From an uncultured Candidatus Cloacimonadota bacterium (GTDB lineage Bacteria > Cloacimonadota > Cloacimonadia > Cloacimonadales > Cloacimonadaceae), in the NCBI GenBank assembly GCA_964634275.1, contig CAZWIS010000003.1, positions 57,548 through 121,547 on the forward strand: a stretch of DNA of 64,000 bases, in the 5' to 3' direction. A program made the position numbers and the translations under genes. Below are positions 18,453 to 27,612 of the stretch, piece after piece; positions within the stretch are counted from its first letter, which is position 1, and each line of letters starts with the position of its first letter. The notes under the pieces were generated by a model, which was not told the DNA's origin, searched no databases, and saw nothing but the letters and a program-made list of their open reading frames with translations.

Positions 18453-20027
18453 ATGAAACACTTAATAATAGTCTTATTAGTCCTGATGACTGGGCTATGT
18501 ATAGTATCTTGCGAAAACAAATCCACCAGTCCCGATGAAGGTCAAGTGGCCAGCCCTATTATCACTCCAAACGGAGGCTCGTTTGATTCTGTGGCGGAAG
18601 TAACGATCACATGTCCAACCCCTGGAGCAGAGATCAAGTATACCATTGATGGTTCGGAACCTACCAGCAGTTCTACGCTTTATGCAAATGCTTTGATCCT
18701 TGGCAGTGATACTACTCTAAAGGTAAAGGCTTACAAAGCTGGATGGCTTTCCAGCCCGACTAAGACCGCTACCTTTAATTTTACATCTGTAGCCCAGCCC
18801 CAGATATATCCTCCCGGTGCTTCTTTTACCGAGCCCCAGATTGTCAGCCTCAGTAGTACCACCCCAAATGCACGTATTCATTACAGTATAGACGGATCTA
18901 TCCCTTCTACGGATTCACCACTTTATACAGGAACAATTACCGTATCAAGAAATACTACGATCAAAGCCATTGCATTTCTGGACGACAAGATACCCAGCCC
19001 TATGACATCTGAAATATACAAATTTCAGGTATTAGACCCCGCTCTATCACCGTTGGGAGGCTCATTTGCGACAGCTCAGATTGTCAGCATAACCTGCCCA
19101 ACCCCAAGTGCCAAAATCTATTATACGTTGGATGGTTCTGAACCAACTGAAGAATCCTTGCTCTATACGCAAGCCTTGAGCATCATTTCGAATACAATAG
19201 TCCGTGCTAAAGCTTATAGAGATGGCTGGGATCCGAGTGCCAAAGTAATTGCAGCCTATCACATTCAAGTACCAGACCAGATGGTTTTGGTTTCCGCTGG
19301 TACTTTTCACAACGGAGTGGCAAACGTTACACTAACCCCATACTATATTAGCAAATACGAAGTTACTCAATTCGATTGGTATATGGTCATTGGTACCGAT
19401 CCTTCATTTTATCCGATTGAGCCGGAAGGTGTCTTTGCTACATTGCCTGTGGAAAGTGTAACTTGGATGGAAGCCATCGCCTATTGCAACCTGAAAAGTC
19501 TGAGCGATGGATATACTCCTTGTTATAGTTATGGTGTATATGGGACAAATCCATCGAACTGGCCAAATGGCTGGAGAAGCAAAGCCAAGAATCACGAGAA
19601 CGTAAGTTGTAATTGGGATGCAAACGGTTATAGATTGCCAACCGAAATGGAATGGATGTTTGCCGCTATGGGTGGAAACTTTTCGATGGGATACCTGTAT
19701 AGTGGCTCAAACTCTATTGATGCCGTAGCCTGGTATGCAGGCAATTCAGAAGGCAAAACACAGAATATCGGAGAAAAACAACCCAATGAACTGGGTACAT
19801 TTGATATGAGTGGAAACGTCTGGGAATACTGTTGGGACATTTACGGACCTTACCCGACCACTGATCAGATAAACCCCGTCGGAGCAAAAAGCGGTCCTTC
19901 AAGAGTAATGAGGGGAGGTTCATGCCTGCAGGATGAAAGCAATAGCACCGTAGCTCGCAGGTATAGTACCTATCCAGACTTCTCGACGAATATTCATGGA
20001 TTTCGTGTAGCCCGAAAAGGCCAGTAG
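18453..20027 (+). CDS. Lipoprotein with three chitobiase/hexosaminidase-C-like (CHB_HEX_C-type) repeats and a C-terminal FGE/SUMF1-type domain
   Basis: Lipobox LCIVSC. Three repeats of GGSF...I.CPTPGA.I.YT.DGSEPT..S.LY. C-terminal domain has GYRLPTEMEWMFAA, GNVWEYCWD and RVMRGGS. Confidence 0.8.
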   Translation: MKHLIIVLLVLMTGLCIVSCENKSTSPDEGQVASPIITPNGGSFDSVAEVTITCPTPGAEIKYTIDGSEPTSSSTLYANALILGSDTTLKVKAYKAGWLSSPTKTATFNFTSVAQPQIYPPGASFTEPQIVSLSSTTPNARIHYSIDGSIPSTDSPLYTGTITVSRNTTIKAIAFLDDKIPSPMTSEIYKFQVLDPALSPLGGSFATAQIVSITCPTPSAKIYYTLDGSEPTEESLLYTQALSIISNTIVRAKAYRDGWDPSAKVIAAYHIQVPDQMVLVSAGTFHNGVANVTLTPYYISKYEVTQFDWYMVIGTDPSFYPIEPEGVFATLPVESVTWMEAIAYCNLKSLSDGYTPCYSYGVYGTNPSNWPNGWRSKAKNHENVSCNWDANGYRLPTEMEWMFAAMGGNFSMGYLYSGSNSIDAVAWYAGNSEGKTQNIGEKQPNELGTFDMSGNVWEYCWDIYGPYPTTDQINPVGAKSGPSRVMRGGSCLQDESNSTVARRYSTYPDFSTNIHGFRVARKGQ

Positions 20028-20078
20028 CAGATCAGTATTCCGTTCATTGTAATTCGGTAGGATTGGAATCTTTTTCTT

Positions 20079-20487
20079 GTAGGATCGGAATTCTACACTA
20101 CTTGGATCGGGATATTTATCTTGTAGGATCGGAATCCTACGCTACAATCCACTTGTCAACTTATTTAACACCTGTAAACCTTGTAGTCAAGCCTATATCA
20201 AGCGTATATCAAGCCTATATCAAGCCTATTCACGAATACACTTGATATAGGTGAGATATCCACCAAATATGAGCCTGAGTAGCGGAGGATTCCGATCCTC
20301 CGAAATTTTCTCGCTCCATTTAAGCTTTGCGGTATTATGTGATACGTAGCTTCGGAAAGCTACGCTACTTAGTAGTGGAGGATTCCGATCCTCCGATCTT
20401 TAGTATATCCATTGAAGCTTCGTGGTAATTCTTGGTTCGTAGCTTCGGAAAGCTACGCTACTTAATTTCGTAGCTTCGGAAAGCTAC
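20079..20487. repeat. Cluster of seven 18-nt perfect hairpins (7-bp stem, CGGA/TCCG loop), including a 93-bp tandem duplication
   Basis: Hairpins at 20079-96, 20123-40, 20284-301, 20346-63, 20377-94, 20439-56 and 20470-87. Stem variants are GTAGGAT/ATCCTAC, GGAGGAT/ATCCTCC and GTAGCTT/AAGCTAC. The 93-nt units 20278..20370 and 20371..20463 are direct repeats, followed by a partial third copy. Confidence 0.85.
20187..20251. repeat. 4 x 11-bp tandem array (TCAAGCCTATA) plus an inverted half-copy
   Basis: Units at 20187, 20198, 20209 and 20220. The second unit has G instead of C (TCAAGCGTATA). Inverted copy CTTGATATAGG at 20241..20251. Paralogous to the array at 41024..41093. Confidence 0.85.
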
Positions 20488-20608
20488 GCTACAGACACGT
20501 GCAACGGTCTTTAAAATTGAACTGGGTTACTGGGCTATATGGACATTATCTATACTCACCCAATACCTTGTTTATAGGCACTACCTCACACCCCTGTTAT
20601 TCAATGGT
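20408..20608 (+). repeat. 134-nt element family, copy 2 (expanded by hairpin insertions; conserved core 20548..20608)
   Basis: The core TCTATACTCACCC...TTATTCAATGGT aligns with the 3' half of copies 1, 3, 4 and 5. A 5'-arm-like TCCATTGAAGC lies at 20408, and a second copy (TCCATTTAAGC) lies in the preceding 93-bp unit. Confidence 0.6.
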
Positions 20609-20632
20609 CAATTGATTTGAAAGAGAGCTTTT

Positions 20633-21874
20633 TTAGTGTGTGATTATGGATTTGGCTATTGCCAGAGTGTGTCCCCTATGATCTTTTAACACTACGAAGT
20701 ATATCCCCGGGTTAACTCTCGTTCCATTACTGGTTTCCAGGTTCCAAATGCTTTCTGCCTGGCTGTTAGAATTTGTTTTACTTATTTGTAACGATTTGAT
20801 ATGCTGTCCCTTAAGATTGTACACGTCCAACTTGTTTGCCGGTGTTTTTGAGGCATCGAAAGCAATAGTGAGCATGCTTTTAGCGGGATTTGGATACAAA
20901 TCGATCTTACGAATCCCAACGGGAGAGGAATGATCCACAAGCTCCGTAGTAAAACCTGTGACGTAGTAAAAGGCATTCGTGTTCAAGATGTAAAATGATG
21001 GTGTATTTATCAAAGGAAAGACGTCAATATCCAAGACGGGAAAACTCAGCCATGCGTGATTCATGTGGCTAAGGTTCCCCTGAGGATCCATTATAGCTGC
21101 ATAAAGGCCCATTTCATTGGGTTGACTCCATCCAACAGAGACCAAATTTCCAATCTCGGGACCGATGCACGCTAAGTGATTGCTATACAGTACTACATCC
21201 CATGTGAGTCCAAAATCTACCGAACGCCATATTCCATCTGAATCGGAACCATCATCCATGATGGCATACAATATCCCATTGGAGGCGAACCGGAAGCCCT
21301 TTAGCGGTAGATATTCGATGTTCCAGCTGTTGCCGGAATTGTCTGATCTGGCATAATTCGTTCCACAATTTACTATCAGGTAGTTTTCGTAGAATGCAAA
21401 GCTGTCACATTTATTCGTCCCGAGTTGAGTGATCCTGGTCCAATTCTGGGCATCAGAGCTTTGGAACAGCCCCTGTTGTTCACCAACGTAATAGCGGCTG
21501 TTCATGGGATAATACCGGATAAAATTCGGTTTGTAGAACCACTCGTTTAGTTCCCATTGCATCGAGTTTAGATCATAATTGTATATTCCATCACTATAGC
21601 TACCGTCACCAATAGCGACCATAATGAGATTTTCATTCAGGGGATATGTAGCCCTGATAGTGAGCCCTTGAACACTGGTCGGGTACTGAGCCCACCCTCC
21701 AGGCGCTTCACAAAACAGGATATCCATGCCATCCGTTCTACCACCGAAGCTAAGGGGCTGTTGAGCTACATTTGCGCTGGTAAGTTGATCTGCAACAGGG
21801 CCAAAGGTATAGACTTCGTAAGCTTGGCACAGCGAAATTGACAAAACGAAAAAGAGACAAAAAAACGACTTCAT
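20633..21874 (-). CDS. Secreted BNR/Asp-box beta-propeller protein with T9SS C-terminal sorting domain
   Basis: Signal peptide. Asp-box motifs SDNSGNSWN and SVDFGLTWD. C-terminal ~85 aa match the Por_Secre_tail pattern (IDLYPNPAKSMLTI...VYNLKGQ...PGIYFVVL). Confidence 0.8.
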   Translation of the reverse strand: MKSFFCLFFVLSISLCQAYEVYTFGPVADQLTSANVAQQPLSFGGRTDGMDILFCEAPGGWAQYPTSVQGLTIRATYPLNENLIMVAIGDGSYSDGIYNYDLNSMQWELNEWFYKPNFIRYYPMNSRYYVGEQQGLFQSSDAQNWTRITQLGTNKCDSFAFYENYLIVNCGTNYARSDNSGNSWNIEYLPLKGFRFASNGILYAIMDDGSDSDGIWRSVDFGLTWDVVLYSNHLACIGPEIGNLVSVGWSQPNEMGLYAAIMDPQGNLSHMNHAWLSFPVLDIDVFPLINTPSFYILNTNAFYYVTGFTTELVDHSSPVGIRKIDLYPNPAKSMLTIAFDASKTPANKLDVYNLKGQHIKSLQISKTNSNSQAESIWNLETSNGTRVNPGIYFVVLKDHRGHTLAIAKSIITH

Positions 21875-22100
21875 GATTACCTCCTCTCGATATTAAACGT
21901 CGTATTCCTATCCAAATAGGATGCAATATTTATTCCCTATCTTACTGTTTTTGTATGATTTGGAGTGATTATGGATGATGGGATCGGACTATTACATGAT
22001 CAGATTTTGGGTCAGCCCTTTACATGGTTTCCAAAGAGATGCGCTACGATTCTATGGAGTTAGTTCAAAGGCTGTAGGAGCAAATTACGATCAAACAAAG

Positions 22101-22234
22101 ACCGTTGAACACGTCTTCATGTACAACAAATTGGTGTGTTTGTTAGCCGGTCTGAGCGGGAAATAAAGCTATCTATACCCACCCGCCACCCTTTTTGTAT
22201 GGAAAGTTGCCCCATACCACGATTATTCAACGGT
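22101..22234 (+). repeat. 134-nt dispersed element, copy 3
   Basis: ACCGTTGAACACGTCTTC...TCTATACCCACCCGCCACCCTTTTTGTATGG...TTCAACGGT, with perfect 9-bp terminal complementarity. Lies 183 nt upstream of rplM. Confidence 0.8.
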
Positions 22235-22416
22235 TTTAAGCATTAAGCCCAATAGTTGGCTTGATTTGAGATTTGTTTGTGCAAAATGCAAGCTATGCAA
22301 AAGCCCTGTAATATGTGTAGGATTGCCGTTTCCAGAGTGTCAGATACAATTGAACTTGACATTATCCCTCTATCCAAAAATGTGGCTTTCTACAAAAAAT
22401 GTGAAAAGGAGAATCG

Positions 22417-22854
22417 ATGAAAACCCTCACACCGAGCCCGGGCGACATTACGAAAGCCTGGTATGTAGTTGATGCGACGGGGATTCCACTGGGTCGATTA
22501 TCCACTAAAATTGCCTCTATTTTGCGTGGCAAAAACAAACCATATTTTGTACCGAATATTGACACTGGCGATTATATCGTAGTGATCAATGCCGAAAAGG
22601 TAAAAGTAACAGGTTTGAAGAGCTTGCAAAAGGAGTATCAGAGTTTTAGCGGATACCCGAGTGGTCTAAAGAAAACCCCTTATGCCACGATGATGGAAAA
22701 GCATCCCACACAGATCATTGAGCACGCCGTCAAAGGTATGCTTCCGAAGACAACATTGGGACGCGAAATGTTTAAGAAACTAAAGGTTTACGCAGGAACA
22801 GAGCATCCTCACGGAGCGCAGAATCCTGTGGAACTCAACCTTGCAGGGAGATAA
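22417..22854 (+). CDS. rplM: 50S ribosomal protein L13
   Basis: WYVVDA, LGRLST.IA..LRGK and the canonical 145-aa length. RBS AAAGGAG lies 7 nt upstream. Confidence 0.95.
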   Translation: MKTLTPSPGDITKAWYVVDATGIPLGRLSTKIASILRGKNKPYFVPNIDTGDYIVVINAEKVKVTGLKSLQKEYQSFSGYPSGLKKTPYATMMEKHPTQIIEHAVKGMLPKTTLGREMFKKLKVYAGTEHPHGAQNPVELNLAGR

Positions 22855-22857
22855 TGC

Positions 22858-23244
22858 ATGCAGAATTTTGATGCCGTTGGCAGAAGAAAAAGTGCGGTAG
22901 CCAGAGTAAGGCTTACTCCAGGTACCGGAAAGCGTATCATAAACCAGGTCCAAATGAAGAAGTATCTCCAGCGTGAGACGCTTGAGATGGTTGTCGAACA
23001 GCCTCTTCAGACCGTTGGCATGAGTGATCGCTTTGATGTACACGTAAATGTGGTTGGTGGTGGTCTTAGTGGCCAGGCTGGAGCTATCCGTCATGGGATA
23101 TCCCGCGCATTGGTCGAATTTGATGAAAACCTCAAGTCACAGCTCAAAACCCGCGGATTTCTTACTCGTGATCCTCGTATGGTCGAACGTAAGAAAGCCG
23201 GTCGTCCGAAAGCCAGGAAGAGATTCCAGTTCTCCAAACGTTAA
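22858..23244 (+). CDS. rpsI: 30S ribosomal protein S9
   Basis: [10 protein letters not shown]..., [19 protein letters not shown] and the C-terminal [18 protein letters not shown]. Confidence 0.95.
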   Translation: MQNFDAVGRRKSAVARVRLTPGTGKRIINQVQMKKYLQRETLEMVVEQPLQTVGMSDRFDVHVNVVGGGLSGQAGAIRHGISRALVEFDENLKSQLKTRGFLTRDPRMVERKKAGRPKARKRFQFSKR

Positions 23245-23316
23245 GATGGGTTTTGGGGGATATCTACTATCCCCTATCCATACTTACAGTTTAGAATTGA
23301 ATCCCCTGAAAATGAC

Positions 23317-23379
23317 CTATCCGAGGAGTTGCAAGGCGGTGTTTCATTTGTGAAACTGAATTGCGTAGATCCCGGATAG
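23317..23379 (+). promoter_or_regulatory. Candidate structured 5' leader of rpsB (three stacked helices)
   Basis: Outer helix CTATCCG-A-GGA (23317-27) pairs with TCC-CGGATAG (23370-79). Middle helix GCAA (23331-34) pairs with TTGC (23361-64). Apical hairpin GTTTCA-TTTG-TGAAAC lies at 23341-56. The structure ends 30 nt before the rpsB ATG. Confidence 0.3.
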
Positions 23380-23408
23380 AAGACAAACCGTATGATAAGG
23401 AGAAATTA

Positions 23409-24227
23409 ATGTCTGTCGTTTCTATGAAACAACTATTGGAAGCAGGTGTTCACTTTGGACATCAGACCTTCAAATGGAATCCCAAAATGAAGAAGTATAT
23501 CTTCATCAAACGTAATGGGATTCATATCATTGACCTGAAACAAACAGTCGATGCCATCAACGAAGCTTATCAATTCGTCAAGGAAGTAGCCAGCCGTCAG
23601 GAATACATTCTTTTTGTCGGTACCAAAAAGCAGGCACAGTCTGCCATCAAGGAAGCTGCTGAAAAGGCGAACATCTTTTACGTAAATAACCGTTGGTATG
23701 GTGGTATGCTTACCAATATGGCTACCATCCGTCAAAGCATCGAAAAAATGAAATACTACGAAGATATCGTAGCTGATGGCACAATTACAAATTACACGAA
23801 ACTCGAACAGCAAAAAATGAAACGTATGCACGATAAGATAGAAGAATCTTTGGGTGGTATACGCGATATGGACGCCTTGCCGGGTGCCGTATTTGTAGTA
23901 GATAGCGATTACGAAAAGATCGCTATTCACGAAGCTCGCATTCTCAATATCCCGATCGTTGCAATGGTTGATACAAATTGCGATCCCGATCTCGTCGATT
24001 TTGTCATCCCTTCCAATGATGATGCTACCCGTGCAATCAGTCTAATAGCAGAAGTAATGACAAATGCTGTAGTCGAAGGCAGAGGATTGGCATCTGAAGG
24101 ACACAGCATGGATCATGATCTTGCAACAGAGACTGATGATTCGAGTGAAAAGCCCGAAATTGAACTTGCCGCTTCCCCCGAAGTAGTGGAAGCAATAAAC
24201 GAAGAAATCACTCCAGTTACCGAGTAG
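23409..24227 (+). CDS. rpsB: 30S ribosomal protein S2
   Basis: MKQLLEAGVHFGHQT.KWNPKM. Start moved to the ATG at 23409, 7 nt after AAGGAG. The ORF-track start at 23361 has no RBS. Acidic C-terminal tail. Confidence 0.95.
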   Translation: MSVVSMKQLLEAGVHFGHQTFKWNPKMKKYIFIKRNGIHIIDLKQTVDAINEAYQFVKEVASRQEYILFVGTKKQAQSAIKEAAEKANIFYVNNRWYGGMLTNMATIRQSIEKMKYYEDIVADGTITNYTKLEQQKMKRMHDKIEESLGGIRDMDALPGAVFVVDSDYEKIAIHEARILNIPIVAMVDTNCDPDLVDFVIPSNDDATRAISLIAEVMTNAVVEGRGLASEGHSMDHDLATETDDSSEKPEIELAASPEVVEAINEEITPVTE

Positions 24228-24283
24228 AACCCTGTCTTACTCTGTAACCACAGGATACAGAACAAATCTTTAAGGAGTTTAAA

Positions 24284-24877
24284 ATGGCTGAGATCAGCGC
24301 AACTCAAGTAAAAGAACTTCGCGAAAGAACAGGCGTCGGCATGATGGATTGCCGCAAAGCTCTCATTGCCTCAAATGGTGATGTAGATGCTGCAATCAAA
24401 TTCCTCCGTGAAAAGGGAATCTCAAAAGCCGAATCAAAAGCAGTCCGCGAAACCAAAGAGGGTATTATCCACTCTTATATTCACTTTAACAAAAAAGTCG
24501 GCGTGCTCGTCGAACTCAATTGTGAGACCGATTTTGTAGCTCGCACCGAAGGCTTTTTGGCATTGGCAGACGAGATAGCTCTGCAGATTGCTGCTTCTTC
24601 ACCATTGGCAGTTAGCTCGGATCAGATAGATCCCGCTATCATTGAAGCAGAGAAAGAAATCGCACGGAACAAAGCTATCAACGACGGTAAAAAGGAAGAT
24701 TTGATCGATCGTATCGTCGATGGTCATATTAAAAAGTTCTGCGCCGAACACTCACTGTTGGATCAGGAATTACTTAGCGATGCCAAGCGTTCTGTCAAAG
24801 ATTTGATTACAGACGCTGTTGGCGCTATGGGTGAAAACATCCAAGTCTCCAGATTCGTACGTTATTCAATCGGATAA
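24284..24877 (+). CDS. tsf: Translation elongation factor Ts (short form, 197 aa)
   Basis: N-terminal UBA-like VKELRERTGVGMMDCRKAL. LVELNCETDFVAR motif. Confidence 0.95.
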   Translation: MAEISATQVKELRERTGVGMMDCRKALIASNGDVDAAIKFLREKGISKAESKAVRETKEGIIHSYIHFNKKVGVLVELNCETDFVARTEGFLALADEIALQIAASSPLAVSSDQIDPAIIEAEKEIARNKAINDGKKEDLIDRIVDGHIKKFCAEHSLLDQELLSDAKRSVKDLITDAVGAMGENIQVSRFVRYSIG

Positions 24878-24892
24878 ACATAGGGGCGGATT

Positions 24893-25618
24893 ATGGCAAT
24901 CTACCAGCCTGAAAAGATACATCGGATCATGCTCAAACTAAGCGGTGAAACACTCGCCGGAGAAAAGGGACATGGTTTTGACGATGTTGTAATAGATCAT
25001 CTGACAGATGAGCTAATCGAAATCAAAAAGATGGGATATGGTATTGCCATAGTATTGGGTGGTGGTAATTTCTTTCGAGGTGGAACCTGGAAAAACCAAT
25101 CGTTAAACCGGGTTATACTCGATAATATTGGAATGCTGGCCACGATCCAAAATGCTCTTTATATCGCAGAAATACTTAACAAAAAGAACTGCCCGGCAGA
25201 GGTTTTTTCAAGCCTCGCCATCGATAAAGTTGCCGAACTATACAGTCCACTACGGGCTGGGCAATCCATGAATGAAGGCAAGATTTGCTTTCTAAGTGGT
25301 GGTACCGGTAATCCCTTTTTTACCACAGATACTGCAGCAGTGCTCAGAGCAATTGAGCTCGGACTCGATGTAGTACTGAAGGGGACTAAGGTGGATGGAC
25401 TGTATAGTGCGGATCCCAAGAAAGATCCAAATGCTTATTTCATAAACTCGGCAAGCTATCAGGAATGTCTGGCAAAGAAACTCGGTGTGATGGATATGAC
25501 CGCTTTTTCCCTTGCCTTAGATAACGAAATGCCTTTGAAGGTGTTTAACATCACTCAGGCAGGAAACCTCAAAGAAGCAATCCTGCGCTCAGACGTCGGA
25601 ACCTATATTCATCCCTAA
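24893..25618 (+). CDS. pyrH: UMP kinase
   Basis: LKLSGE.LAG, VLGGGNFFRG and DGLYSADPKKD. Conserved tsf-pyrH-frr order. Confidence 0.95.
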   Translation: MAIYQPEKIHRIMLKLSGETLAGEKGHGFDDVVIDHLTDELIEIKKMGYGIAIVLGGGNFFRGGTWKNQSLNRVILDNIGMLATIQNALYIAEILNKKNCPAEVFSSLAIDKVAELYSPLRAGQSMNEGKICFLSGGTGNPFFTTDTAAVLRAIELGLDVVLKGTKVDGLYSADPKKDPNAYFINSASYQECLAKKLGVMDMTAFSLALDNEMPLKVFNITQAGNLKEAILRSDVGTYIHP

Positions 25619-25632
25619 TTAACGAGGACAAA

Positions 25633-26187
25633 ATGGATACATTAAAGACTATCACAATAGAAAAAATGCAAAAATCTTTGGATTCCTTGCTGCACCAATA
25701 CGGAAAGATTCGTACCGGCAGAGCAAGTGCATCCATCCTGGATGACGTTCGAATAAACTACTACGGTCAGCCAACTCCCGTCAAACAATTGTGCAACATC
25801 TCGATCCCAGATGCGAGATTGATCACTATCCAACCCTGGGACAAGACTACTTTGGCAGAGATCGAGAAAGCGATTCTGGCAGCTAACCTGGGCATTACTC
25901 CGGAAAATGATGGAAACGTCATTCGCCTGCCTTTTCAACCATTGACGGAAGACAAACGCAAAGATATAGTCAAAATCCTCAAGAAAATGGCCGAAGAAGC
26001 CAGAGTTTCGATCAGAAATCTACGCCGTGATGCAAACGAAGCGATCAAAAAGCAAAAGAAAGATTCGGAGATCAGCGAAGATGATGAGAAGAGGCTACTG
26101 AAAGAGATTCAGGATACTACCGACGAATGGATCAAGAAGATCGACGAGGTGGAAAAATCCAAAGAAAAAGAGATTTTGGAAGTATAG
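25633..26187 (+). CDS. frr: Ribosome recycling factor
   Basis: IRTGRASASILD, PWDK..L..IEKAI and IRN.RRDAN. 184 aa. Confidence 0.95.
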   Translation: MDTLKTITIEKMQKSLDSLLHQYGKIRTGRASASILDDVRINYYGQPTPVKQLCNISIPDARLITIQPWDKTTLAEIEKAILAANLGITPENDGNVIRLPFQPLTEDKRKDIVKILKKMAEEARVSIRNLRRDANEAIKKQKKDSEISEDDEKRLLKEIQDTTDEWIKKIDEVEKSKEKEILEV

Positions 26188-26194
26188 TTTTTCC

Positions 26195-26222
26195 AGGCCG
26201 GTTGATACCGGCCTTCTTTTTA
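26195..26222 (+). terminator. Rho-independent terminator after frr
   Basis: AGGCCGG (26195-201), loop TTGATA, CCGGCCT (26208-14), then TCTTTTT. Confidence 0.75.
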
Positions 26223-26281
26223 ATGGGACGCGGAGTTAATAGCTGTTTTCATGGTAGGCAGCTTGCATTCATTGGCTGAAA

Positions 26282-26309
26282 TTGACACATTCTGCAAATT
26301 CTGTATAGT
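26282..26309 (+). promoter_or_regulatory. Candidate sigma-70-type promoter for ackA
   Basis: TTGACA (26282-87), 16-nt spacer, TATAGT (26304-09), about 97 nt upstream of the ackA ATG. Confidence 0.4.
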
Positions 26310-26405
26310 TCTTGATATACATGCATTAGTATTGGACTGAAAATGTTTGACATATTACAGCAACTCAAATCTTTTGGACACCAAATACATAAACGAGAGG
26401 ATTGA

Positions 26406-27608
26406 ATGAAAATACTGGTGTTGAACTGCGGTAGCTCTTCGATAAAATATCAATTTATCAATATGGATACTCAAGATGTCTTAGCTGATGGGATTGCTGA
26501 AAAGATCGGTGAAGATATAGCCCTATTTACATACAAGAGTGAAGCTTATACAAAAAAGAAACGGGAAATGGTGATCGATAACCACGAACAGGGTCTTCAA
26601 CTGATCATAGATTCATTATTAGATCCCAACCATGGAGTAATCAAAAGCATCGACGAGATTGATGCCGTAGGACACCGTTTGGTACACGCTGGAGAGCATT
26701 ATTCTGATGCTGTGATCGTTACTGATCATGTGATCGATGTAATGACAGAATGTATTTCGCTGGCTCCATTGCATAATCCTGCCAACCTAAAAGGTATAGA
26801 AGCTGTAAAAATCAACATGCCCAATGTCCCTCAATGCGGCTTGTTTGACACAGCATATCATCAAACCATGCCTCCACATGCGTATTTGTATCCTCTCCCT
26901 CTGGATCTCTATACCGTTAACAAAATTCGCCGTTATGGTTTTCATGGCACTTCTCACAAGTATGTCAGCCAGAAAGCTGCAGATTTTTTGGGAAGAGAGC
27001 TCAACGAGCTGAAAATTATCTCCTGCCATGCAGGAAATGGAGCTTCAATCACTGCGATTGACAGGGGTAAATCTATCGATACTTCGATGGGGCTGACTCC
27101 TTTGGAAGGACTGATGATGGGAACTCGCTGTGGTGATTTGGATCCTGCGATACCGATCTACATGCAACAACAGCTCGGAATGAGCGTAGAGGAAGTAAAT
27201 TCCATCCTTAACAAAAAGAGTGGCATGCTTGGTTTATCTCATTTGTCGAACGATATGAGAACCATCGAAGAAGAGATTTTGGAAAAGCAAAACCCTCAGG
27301 CAATACTGGCTCACGACGTTTATTGCTACCGGATAAAGAAGTATATCGGTGCTTATTATGCCGCTCTGAATGGACTGGACCTCCTGATCTTCACTGGTGG
27401 AGTAGGAGAACGGATGCCCATTATGAGGGCTCAGGTATGCAAAGATATGGAGTCTTTGGGCATCATTATTAACCAGGAAGAAAACAGCCTGTTTACTGAT
27501 GATATACAGGTTCTGAGTACACCCGAATCCAGAGTAACCGTTTTGAAAGTTCCTACTAACGAGGAACTGATGATAGCATTGGAAACAAAAAGATTATTAA
27601 CGAAGTAG
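26406..27608 (+). CDS. ackA: Acetate kinase
   Basis: MKILVLNCGSSSIKYQ, HRLVHAG, RYGFHGTSH and TGGVGE. Confidence 0.95.
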   Translation: MKILVLNCGSSSIKYQFINMDTQDVLADGIAEKIGEDIALFTYKSEAYTKKKREMVIDNHEQGLQLIIDSLLDPNHGVIKSIDEIDAVGHRLVHAGEHYSDAVIVTDHVIDVMTECISLAPLHNPANLKGIEAVKINMPNVPQCGLFDTAYHQTMPPHAYLYPLPLDLYTVNKIRRYGFHGTSHKYVSQKAADFLGRELNELKIISCHAGNGASITAIDRGKSIDTSMGLTPLEGLMMGTRCGDLDPAIPIYMQQQLGMSVEEVNSILNKKSGMLGLSHLSNDMRTIEEEILEKQNPQAILAHDVYCYRIKKYIGAYYAALNGLDLLIFTGGVGERMPIMRAQVCKDMESLGIIINQEENSLFTDDIQVLSTPESRVTVLKVPTNEELMIALETKRLLTK

Positions 27609-27612
27609 GAAC

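Noticed and set aside
18453-20027. Diversity-generating retroelement target (lipoprotein ending in an FGE/C-type-lectin-fold domain, as in known DGR variable proteins)
   Set aside because: There is no reverse transcriptase ORF anywhere in the window. I found no template-repeat copy of the 3' ~130 bp of the gene, and the downstream repeats are unrelated in sequence. A TR/RT located elsewhere in the genome cannot be excluded.
20079-20487. Possible CRISPR array (repeated palindromic 18-24-nt units)
   Set aside because: Spacing between the hairpins is irregular, with gaps of roughly 13 to 140 nt. The 'spacers' are themselves duplicated as part of 93-bp tandem units. The repeat sequence varies by compensatory stem changes, and no cas genes are present in the window.
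21975-22166. 63-aa ORF upstream of rplM
   Set aside because: Its 3' part is formed by the 134-nt repeat element. It has no RBS and no recognisable motif.
22150-22245. Small conserved ORF on the minus strand of the 134-nt element (for example MGQLSIQKGWRVGIDSF... in copy 3)
   Set aside because: The ATG is ATA in copy 1. Copy 4 stops after 11 codons. Differences between copies are not biased to third codon positions, so the conservation is at the nucleotide level.
23255-23275. Terminator between rpsI and rpsB (GGGGATA-TCTAC-TATCCCC hairpin)
   Set aside because: No U-tract follows the 7-bp stem. It may be a processing or attenuation hairpin, but a terminator call is not supported.
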